Source: an uncultured Dehalococcoidales bacterium
Lineage (GTDB): Bacteria; Chloroflexota; Dehalococcoidia; E44-bin15
Assembly (NCBI GenBank): GCA_964428725.1
Contig: CAYRYW010000009.1
Span: 468 to 64,467 of the forward strand
Length of the DNA stretch: 64,000 bases
Reading direction: 5' to 3'
In this document: one piece after another, positions 8,827-15,356 of the stretch
Layout: every line of letters starts with the position of its first letter
Position numbering within the stretch: the first letter of the stretch is position 1
Made by a program: the position numbers and the translations under genes
The notes under the pieces: model-generated
The model's input: only the letters and a program-made list of their open reading frames with translations
Databases searched by the model: none
Told to the model about the DNA's origin: nothing

Positions 8827-8950
8827 GGCCGCGCTCTAGATCGTGCAGCCCAATCCTCGGTGTGGGGCTTCCCCCACACCCCCATTAAACCACATCGGGA
8901 GGCTCTGCACAAATGTCGGGTGTCATACACTCGGGGTGACACTTATCATA
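8827..8950 (-). promoter_or_regulatory. promoter/operator cassette, copy 1 (drives 8811->4384 block)
   Basis: Read on the minus strand: -35 TTGTGC (8912-8907), a 17-nt spacer, extended -10 TGG-TTTAAT (-10 at 8889-8884). The inverted repeat GTGTCA-N11-TGACAC (8920-8942) lies upstream. Leader hairpin at 8859-8880. Confidence 0.6.
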
Positions 8951-9332
8951 TTGCTTCCCAGACCCCCTCTGGAAGCACCCTCTGTAGCCACCGGTTCCTA
9001 ATAACCAATGGGTCGTCATTATCCCTTGCCACGATGAAGAACTGTTCAATCTCCTCTTCTGACAACTCCCACTCCTTTCCCATGGGAAGATGCCGTATCA
9101 CCGCCCCCTTCAATTTCCTGAACAGCTCTGGGGCAGCCTCCCCTGTGTGCCGGCCCGCGCCGTGCAACACGGCCCAGGCTACCCGATCGACCCGGGTAGG
9201 GGGACCGCCCGCCACAATCCGTAGTTCGATCTCTTGCGCTGCATCACGGAACAAAAGGGGAATTCGTTCCTCCTCCCTTCCCTCGTCCTGAACATACAAG
9301 CAGTCGGCTTTCCAGAGATATCGTTCCGGCAT
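8946..9332 (-). CDS. hypothetical protein
   Basis: The track ORF runs to 9377. The ATG at 9332 is preceded by an AAGGAGA RBS. 128 aa. Confidence 0.45.
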   Translation of the reverse strand: MPERYLWKADCLYVQDEGREEERIPLLFRDAAQEIELRIVAGGPPTRVDRVAWAVLHGAGRHTGEAAPELFRKLKGAVIRHLPMGKEWELSEEEIEQFFIVARDNDDPLVIRNRWLQRVLPEGVWEAI

Positions 9333-9382
9333 CTTTGTCTCCTTCTGAGGGGGCCCCACCCGGGGCCCCCTCGACATCGGCC

Positions 9383-10363
9383 CTATTTCCCGGTGGAACC
9401 GAAACCGCGCTCTCCTCGTTCGGAAATCGGGAGCTCATCCAGTTGTGCCAATGGTGGGGTGACTCCAGGGAGCAAGACCAACTGTGCCACACGCTCCCCA
9501 GCTTCCAACTCTAGAGGCTCGTCTCCAACGTACAGAGCGAAGGCATACAACGGGCCCCTGTATCCTGAATCTACCACAGATTGCATTACCAGGAACCCTT
9601 TGGCGATCATGCTGGATCTTGGAAGGAAGGTGCCCCAGTATCCATCTGGGATGGCCAACCTCAGTGGCATGTTCCTCGTCACCGACCCAAGCTCCAGGCG
9701 GACAAAATCGCCGGGTTGGATAATGGCTGGATTCCACAGCGTGACGTCATATCCTACATCACCCTCCAATTTGGGCTCCGCAATCGCCTGTGCGGTAGTA
9801 GTATACAGCGCTGCGTCTGGGTCGCTGTATCCCACGCTATACCCAAGCGTCTGGGTCTGGGGGCCGGCTTCTAATGCCCCCGGCGTCTGAACGATTTCCT
9901 CAGGCAGGGCGGCCAGCAGATCCTCCACCCGGAGTGGGCTGCCGCAGATTCCCCGTTTCCTCTTTAGCAGCAGCTCTGCCATCAACAGGCAGGCCTCCTC
10001 CAGATCCCACTTGATAGGTCGGTCTGCGAAGTACGGCGGAACGAGCATTTCCCTGTCCGGCTTCCATAGGACGGTTGGCATGTGCTCGATGCCGGCCAAG
10101 AACAACTCAACCGGTGTGCCCCAACTGGGGACGGGCTGCACAGCAGCCAAAACCCCAGAGCATTGAAGCATGACTTCCAGATTGATGCTTTTGAGTGTAG
10201 CAGGTGCCATTTCGGCCACATCAGGATTGAAAGGCCCAGCAGGGTCGTAGGTGCAGATGCCCATCTCTCCAAGAAGTCGCTTGGCTTCATGTCTCCAGTC
10301 CCTGCAGTCAACGCCGGCGTAATCAATCGGGCCGGCCAGATACACTACGCGCTCGTTATTCAT
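9383..10363 (-). CDS. dut: fusion protein: nucleoside 2-deoxyribosyltransferase-like domain (N-terminal) + trimeric dUTPase (C-terminal)
   Basis: All five dUTPase motifs are present: DVGYDV, IPDGYWGTFLPRSSM, VVDSGYRGPL, GERVAQLV, RGERGFGSTGK. The N-terminal ~150 aa carries VYLAGPID .. SWGTPVEL, as in NDT/DUF4406-type folds. Confidence 0.8.
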   Translation of the reverse strand: MNNERVVYLAGPIDYAGVDCRDWRHEAKRLLGEMGICTYDPAGPFNPDVAEMAPATLKSINLEVMLQCSGVLAAVQPVPSWGTPVELFLAGIEHMPTVLWKPDREMLVPPYFADRPIKWDLEEACLLMAELLLKRKRGICGSPLRVEDLLAALPEEIVQTPGALEAGPQTQTLGYSVGYSDPDAALYTTTAQAIAEPKLEGDVGYDVTLWNPAIIQPGDFVRLELGSVTRNMPLRLAIPDGYWGTFLPRSSMIAKGFLVMQSVVDSGYRGPLYAFALYVGDEPLELEAGERVAQLVLLPGVTPPLAQLDELPISERGERGFGSTGK

Positions 10364-10765
10364 TTAGTGTCCTCCTGTCTCCTCCGATAGGGGCAAAGAC
10401 CACCAACCAAACTCCAGCAACAGGCAGATGATAAAGTAGTTTGCCCCATCTATTAGGTCATCCTGTAAACTTTCCCCTTCCCCCAGCTCCAGAGGAACCA
10501 GCTCGTCGATCGTGCCCTGATTGATGCCCCTTCTAGCCAGGCGCTCTCTGAGGTCCAAGGTCTCTACAGAGCGCTGTATGCGGGCCATTTTGTCTTCGGT
10601 GACCCGGGTAACCACCCCGTACAGGCCCTGCCTGCTGATGTTCTCGTGTCCTCTGAGCCTCCGCTTCGACAGCATGATGTCCAAGGTCAGAGAATTCACC
10701 AAAGCGATGGCCTCTTCTAGGGTTTTGGGATTGCCCCCAGAGATATCTATGGGCATCTGGGTCAC
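10364..10765 (-). CDS. all-alpha NTP pyrophosphohydrolase-like protein (MazG-like / DUF1599-type); MazZ candidate
   Basis: 133 codons. The pattern GLYGV..R..EDKMARIQR ... ESLQDDLIDGANYFIICLLL resembles the DK..R / ES..D.L.D..NY helices of MazG-like nucleotide-modification-associated proteins. The GTG start overlaps the upstream stop (GTGA). Confidence 0.45.
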   Translation of the reverse strand: MTQMPIDISGGNPKTLEEAIALVNSLTLDIMLSKRRLRGHENISRQGLYGVVTRVTEDKMARIQRSVETLDLRERLARRGINQGTIDELVPLELGEGESLQDDLIDGANYFIICLLLEFGWWSLPLSEETGGH

Positions 10766-10899
10766 TCCCCCTCGGCTTGGGCCGGCGTTATGTCCTCGGC
10801 CGGCTCGGGAGCCGGGGCATCTCCATCACCATACGCGCTCTCCACGACGTCTTCACGCCCATCTACCATGTCCTGGTAGGCATCTCGTTTGCATAGCAT
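10762..10899 (-). CDS. small acidic hypothetical protein (45 aa)
   Basis: ATG at 10899, 7 nt after a GGGAGGA RBS and just after the purZ-like stop. The stop overlaps the next start. This is the last 45 codons of track ORF 10762..11103. Confidence 0.4.
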   Translation of the reverse strand: MLCKRDAYQDMVDGREDVVESAYGDGDAPAPEPAEDITPAQAEGE

Positions 10900-10903
10900 C
10901 CTA

Positions 10904-11995
10904 TTATCCTCCCGGCATCTTCCGCAGGATGAAATCTGCGTAGTTGGGCCCAGTGCCGATGAAGAACACAGGGGCCTGACAGGCAGTCTCGACATCCCGA
11001 ACCAGCATCTTGGATCGATCCGATAGATGGGCCCACGAGGTCTTACCCAGATCGTCGTACCGCCACCAGTCCAGGAAAGTGAGGGCCACGTGAGTGGCCC
11101 CATTGAGCTTGGCCGCGTAGTCCAACTCTCTCAAGGATACGCTGAACGGCCGCTCCACACCGCCGGCCCCATCGCCGGCCCCGGCCACACCCCCAGGGGT
11201 CTGGTGGATCTCCTCGTACGGGCGGCCGGCCCTCAGGCACACCTCTTCCCAGGTGAGCTCTTTACCCCCTGTGGGCCCGCTATTGCCCGGTACCCTGGTT
11301 GGGACTGCCTTGACGACCATGATCACATTCCGAACGTTGGTGTGGTTCAGACCCGCGTCGGATATGGCCCCAGGGGCCGTCATATTGCGCGATGTGCAGT
11401 GCGGGTAATGCCCATGGTCCAGCGACAGCATGGTACCCTGACTGGACTCGATCAGCACGGGGCGGCCGGCATGGACAGTGTGCTGTAGATGCTTCGCTGC
11501 GTTGACCGTCCCGACGTGCAGCTCTCTGAGATCCTCTCCCACATCTGCAGCGATAGGGCAGCCCCCAGCCCGTCTGACTTTGGCTGCCATCGTGGCCCCG
11601 ACTCCCAAGAAGGTAGACCCGCGTTTCTCTGCAGCCTCCCTGCCGGCTTCGATCAGTTCCGAAGTCACGATAGCTGCGTTGCGATCAACCATAACCCTGG
11701 GAGCTCGACCAACCAGCTCCCTTACCTGTTCGATCTCTCTCTCCAGCATCTCCAGCCCGAAGGTCATGCCGGCTGTCAAAATGCAGGTTGGGCCTGGGTT
11801 CTGAGATACGGAGCCAACGGGCAGAACGTGATGCACACTGGTTCGTCCATCTTCGAGCTGGACCCGATGCTCCGCATTCTGGCCCCCCACACGGGCGTAC
11901 TTGGCATACTTGATGTGATTGGCGAGGAATAGGGCAATCCTGCCCTTCCCCTCGTCTCCATATTGCCCACCCACTACGACATCTACCATTCTCAC
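10904..11995 (-). CDS. purZ: PurA-family adenylosuccinate-synthetase homologue, short phage type (PurZ-like candidate)
   Basis: P-loop VVGGQYGDEGKGR, plus GGQNAEH and ESSQGTMLSLDHGHYPHCTS, match PurA motifs. At 363 aa it is shorter than bacterial PurA. Encoded in a phage nucleotide-metabolism operon. The PurZ versus PurA assignment is inference. Confidence 0.7.
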   Translation of the reverse strand: MRMVDVVVGGQYGDEGKGRIALFLANHIKYAKYARVGGQNAEHRVQLEDGRTSVHHVLPVGSVSQNPGPTCILTAGMTFGLEMLEREIEQVRELVGRAPRVMVDRNAAIVTSELIEAGREAAEKRGSTFLGVGATMAAKVRRAGGCPIAADVGEDLRELHVGTVNAAKHLQHTVHAGRPVLIESSQGTMLSLDHGHYPHCTSRNMTAPGAISDAGLNHTNVRNVIMVVKAVPTRVPGNSGPTGGKELTWEEVCLRAGRPYEEIHQTPGGVAGAGDGAGGVERPFSVSLRELDYAAKLNGATHVALTFLDWWRYDDLGKTSWAHLSDRSKMLVRDVETACQAPVFFIGTGPNYADFILRKMPGG

Positions 11996-12026
11996 TTGAG
12001 CATTCTCCTTTGGGGTTGCTGTTCCC

Positions 12027-12563
12027 CTATTCGGCCAGAGCGCGTTCGAGCTCTGGGTGCTGATACAGGACCCATTCCCACACCACAGCGATGGGGATAT
12101 CCCCCCCGCTTCTGGGCATGGCGCAGACTACGTCCCTCTTGAAATCGTGGTGCATTTCCCAAGACAGGTCGAAGCAGCTCCCTTCGTAGGTGCCCATCCT
12201 GGATCCCTCGAATCCCTTCATCTTTAGAACCTTCTCGATGATATTCAAGGCCAAATCGGACGGCCCGCTGCCCCCATAACCCCATTCGAATCCGCTGAGG
12301 CTGTGCTCCACACACAGGTGGGGGACATTGGTGTGCGCCCCATCCTGGTCTCTACGCAGGATAAAGACCCCCTCCTGTTCCACAGGGCGATCGACGATCA
12401 TCTGGTCTGCAAATCCTTCTGTGGCATCCGGGCCCAATCCCCCTGGATGCAGTTTCGTCCAACACACAGGCCCGTATCCCCGCTGCATGCTCTCCGGGTT
12501 GGACAGTGGGCGGCGGCATCTTTGGCACCGGGTAACTGGAATGTCCCCAAATAACGTGTTCAT
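12027..12563 (-). CDS. hypothetical protein: N-terminal CxxC..GxGPxC zinc motif plus WGYGGSGPSDLA domain
   Basis: 178 codons. N terminus RCQRCRRPLSNPESMQRGYGPVCW. Central part is FEWGYGGSGPSDLALNIIE. Resembles DUF6011/DUF6166-type phage proteins (from memory). Function unknown. Confidence 0.5.
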   Translation of the reverse strand: MNTLFGDIPVTRCQRCRRPLSNPESMQRGYGPVCWTKLHPGGLGPDATEGFADQMIVDRPVEQEGVFILRRDQDGAHTNVPHLCVEHSLSGFEWGYGGSGPSDLALNIIEKVLKMKGFEGSRMGTYEGSCFDLSWEMHHDFKRDVVCAMPRSGGDIPIAVVWEWVLYQHPELERALAE

Positions 12564-12579
12564 TCTGTTTCACCTCCTT

Positions 12580-12840
12580 TCAAAAGCGATATAAATGCGT
12601 GCATAGACAAAAGGGCGTCTCATAGGTCGTGGCCCACACATGGCCGGCACAAACCGGCTTACCCTCTATCAGCACAGTGCGGGCCAACAGGCTCTCGGTC
12701 TTGATAAACCTCCAGGCGGTGCCGTCTGCAAACCAGAACACCGCGCTATCGTAGTACAGCCTAACAGCGACTGCCCTCCTGGTTGCCTCACGGAACACTC
12801 GCCCCATCTCCTCGATCGAGCGCCTTTGCTCCTCCAGCAT
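12580..12840 (-). CDS. hypothetical protein
   Basis: 86-codon ORF abutting the next gene in the same operon. Confidence 0.4.
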   Translation of the reverse strand: MLEEQRRSIEEMGRVFREATRRAVAVRLYYDSAVFWFADGTAWRFIKTESLLARTVLIEGKPVCAGHVWATTYETPFCLCTHLYRF

Positions 12841-13050
12841 CTATGCCGCCCTGGGCTTCCCCTTTTCGGAGAATGCCCTGACCCGCCACCTTTTATAGCC
12901 GGATATGGCTTTATTGGCATAATCGCATTGCGCTCGGGCCACCCCTAGATGGGTAGTATGAAAGATCTCCCCCGTCCCCAAGCGGAACCACTCCCCGAAA
13001 CTGGCCGTGGTGCTGTCTGCCCATACTCCGTACATTGCTGCCTTGTCCAA
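12841..13050 (-). CDS. hypothetical protein
   Basis: 69-codon ORF, contiguous with its neighbours. Confidence 0.4.
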   Translation of the reverse strand: MDKAAMYGVWADSTTASFGEWFRLGTGEIFHTTHLGVARAQCDYANKAISGYKRWRVRAFSEKGKPRAA

Positions 13051-13060
13051 ATCTCACCCC

Positions 13061-13366
13061 CTATTGCTCTATCCAATACCAACCGGCCGCATTGTGCCAG
13101 AGCTTGAAGGATTCGCTGCTGACGATGTTGCGTTGGCGACCGACTACCACCTCCCGCTCTTGGCCTTCGAACCCATGCCGGTATTCCCGCCTGGTTTCGG
13201 TGATGGTCTCCTCCTCAACGGTCTCGACCACCACCACATCCCCCCGGCGGAGCCCGTAATGCACAAGCCATCGGGGGTCCAAACCCAAGATGCCTTCAAC
13301 TTCGTGATCGAAGCTGGTCAATATGACGTTTCCCACTACCACTTGCCGGTATCGTTCGCTGGCCAT
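13061..13366 (-). CDS. hypothetical protein
   Basis: 101-codon ORF with RBS GGAGGAGGACTAG ATG. Confidence 0.45.
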   Translation of the reverse strand: MASERYRQVVVGNVILTSFDHEVEGILGLDPRWLVHYGLRRGDVVVVETVEEETITETRREYRHGFEGQEREVVVGRQRNIVSSESFKLWHNAAGWYWIEQ

Positions 13367-13438
13367 CTAGTCCTCCTCCCCCCATTTCCTCCCCCCAGGC
13401 CCTCCACCTGGGGGGAGGATGGTGAATTAGCCAATCCT

Positions 13439-15223
13439 CTACCGATCGAATTCCAGACCGTGTGCCTGCAGAATATCGAATACGTTCTGGAGATCCTGCA
13501 GCAACGGCTCCTGGTCGATCATTCCTGCCAATTTGCTGAGCTCGTCCCCTCGGTCCTCCCAGTACACCTCTGAGGCTGCGGTCGTGGCCCGCTGCTCGTC
13601 CACCGGCCTCCAGGGGGCCCGCCCATCTGCGACGTGTCTGGCGAAGTCATCCATGTCGATTTCCTCCGCCTCGTCTGCCAGAGCATCTTGGATGGCCTCG
13701 TCCACGTGGGGCTGGGTCCGCCAATAGGATAACTCACTATCAGGCCTCAGGTCCTCTTTGACCGTGTCTACGATCTGGGCCCGCTGCTCGTAGAGCTGGC
13801 CCTTGACCCACTGCTCCATGGTCTGCAGCCGTTGGAGCAATTCGCTGAGTGCGACTGCGCTTGCAACTGCTTCGCCTTGGACTCCATACCAATCGGGCTC
13901 CGCAAACTGCATCAGCTTGTCCCTGAGGACCTCGTCCCCACCAACCGCTTCGATGATGGCCGCTACCAGATCCTCCACAAAGCAACTGGGCTCCAGGGCC
14001 TCAACCTCGATAGCGTAGCAGGTCTCCCCAACCCAGACGCCGTGGACGTCTGCCCATTCTTCGGTGGCTCTGTTGTAGTCCACCTCGAATTCGTACCCCG
14101 CCTGAACCGGTGACCGTCCTTGTCCCCTGAGCTGCTCTGGGGTAATGCCCACTCGATGCACCACCACCGCTCCTGGGAGATAGCGCTCGAATTGCTGGGC
14201 CGCCCCATCCTGGACGGGCACGAATCCATAATAATCGTGGTCGCTGATTACGAACAAGTGCAGCGGATTCTCTGGGGTGGGGGAGTATCGCCCTTCCCAA
14301 GATCTGAACCGATCGTTCAGCACTGCCTCCACTGCCGAGAAGGCGTTGACCCCAGACATCGCCATAAGCATCGGAACCCCGGCTGCCTTGCAGATCCCCT
14401 GGAAGTGCTCGAACAGGCCCTCCTTCTCCAGAAGGATCACGCCATGGAGATCATCAACGATCGGGGAGAATCTGGCCACATCCCTGCTGGCGTCTCGTAC
14501 CCAGAGCTCATCGTAGGTCAAGCCATCCCGTACGAGATCGGCCAGGATGGAGCTTTGCGCCTGGGCATAGGATCGGCCCCAACCCGTCTTGGGCCACGTG
14601 TGGATTCTGGGTTTGCGCCCCAGCTCCTCCTCCAGGGCCCTCTTCTGGGCCTTGTTCCAGTCGCTCTTGAACACCACCCTTTGGGCCCCCTGCTCCAACG
14701 CTCGATTGGAGGATCTATGCCCATCTACCAGCACCACATCCGCCGATCGAATCAGGTAGGCTTCCAGTGCCTGGGAGGCGAATTTCCAGCCCATAGCGCC
14801 TGGACTCTTGGAGAAGTACCAACGCTGGCGGATGGTTCCCAGCTCACCCGTTCCAACCGGGCCATCGAGAGGATTCAAGCAGGCTGTCTGACACAGCGCG
14901 TATGCCCGCAAAACCACGCTCTTGTTGGGCGTCGAGCCCCTCCAAATGTGGGGCTTCAGCCCCTCGGCCAGCTCAATCCCCCGGCTCATTGCCTCACGGA
15001 ACCGGCCCCCCTCTTCTGGAGTCATCTCTCCAGCAGCGACGGCCCGCTCGATCTCTTCATCGGATAGCGGGTTCAGCCCTGCCAATGCCTCCCAGACCGG
15101 GTTGTGGGAAGTGGAAATCTCGGCTATCCCATTCGGGTCGAGATCCCGAAGAACAGCCTGTTCTCCCTTCCTCAGGAATTGCCCCAACCTGGTCGGACTC
15201 GCTCCCTGCTTTTGCCTGGCCAT
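13439..15223 (-). CDS. Toprim-domain protein resembling the TopoVI-A/Spo11 catalytic subunit
   Basis: 594 codons. VILLEKEGLFEHF and LFVISDHDYYG resemble the EKxxxF / DxDxxG Toprim motifs of type IIB topoisomerase A subunits. An upstream IRQRWYF...KFASQ segment resembles the R-x-x-Y-Y catalytic-tyrosine region. Confidence 0.5.
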   Translation of the reverse strand: MARQKQGASPTRLGQFLRKGEQAVLRDLDPNGIAEISTSHNPVWEALAGLNPLSDEEIERAVAAGEMTPEEGGRFREAMSRGIELAEGLKPHIWRGSTPNKSVVLRAYALCQTACLNPLDGPVGTGELGTIRQRWYFSKSPGAMGWKFASQALEAYLIRSADVVLVDGHRSSNRALEQGAQRVVFKSDWNKAQKRALEEELGRKPRIHTWPKTGWGRSYAQAQSSILADLVRDGLTYDELWVRDASRDVARFSPIVDDLHGVILLEKEGLFEHFQGICKAAGVPMLMAMSGVNAFSAVEAVLNDRFRSWEGRYSPTPENPLHLFVISDHDYYGFVPVQDGAAQQFERYLPGAVVVHRVGITPEQLRGQGRSPVQAGYEFEVDYNRATEEWADVHGVWVGETCYAIEVEALEPSCFVEDLVAAIIEAVGGDEVLRDKLMQFAEPDWYGVQGEAVASAVALSELLQRLQTMEQWVKGQLYEQRAQIVDTVKEDLRPDSELSYWRTQPHVDEAIQDALADEAEEIDMDDFARHVADGRAPWRPVDEQRATTAASEVYWEDRGDELSKLAGMIDQEPLLQDLQNVFDILQAHGLEFDR

Positions 15224-15356
15224 CTCCTGTGCCTCCTCTAATGGCTCTGAGATCGCTCCGTCTGTTCCCTGGTGGGGATTCCCCCCACACCCTAATTAAA
15301 CCACATCGGGAGGTTCTGCACAAATGTCGGTCGTCATACGCTTGGGGTGACATTTA
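15224..15356 (-). promoter_or_regulatory. promoter/operator cassette, copy 2 (drives 15223->8946 block)
   Basis: Minus strand: -35 TTGTGC (15323-15318), 17-nt spacer, TGG-TTTAAT (-10 at 15300-15295). Degenerate inverted repeat at 15331-15353. Confidence 0.55.

Noticed and set aside
10762-11103. 113-codon minus-strand ORF.
   Set aside because: Codons upstream of 10899 overlap the 3' end of the PurA-family gene in another frame. Only the last 45 codons, with their own RBS, are retained.
12027-12563. HD-domain dATPase (DatZ) candidate next to the PurZ-like gene.
   Set aside because: The only HD dipeptide (WEMHHDF) lies 28 residues from the C terminus, with no H...HD...D spacing. The protein instead shows a CxxC..GxGPxC motif and a WGYGGSGP domain of unknown function.
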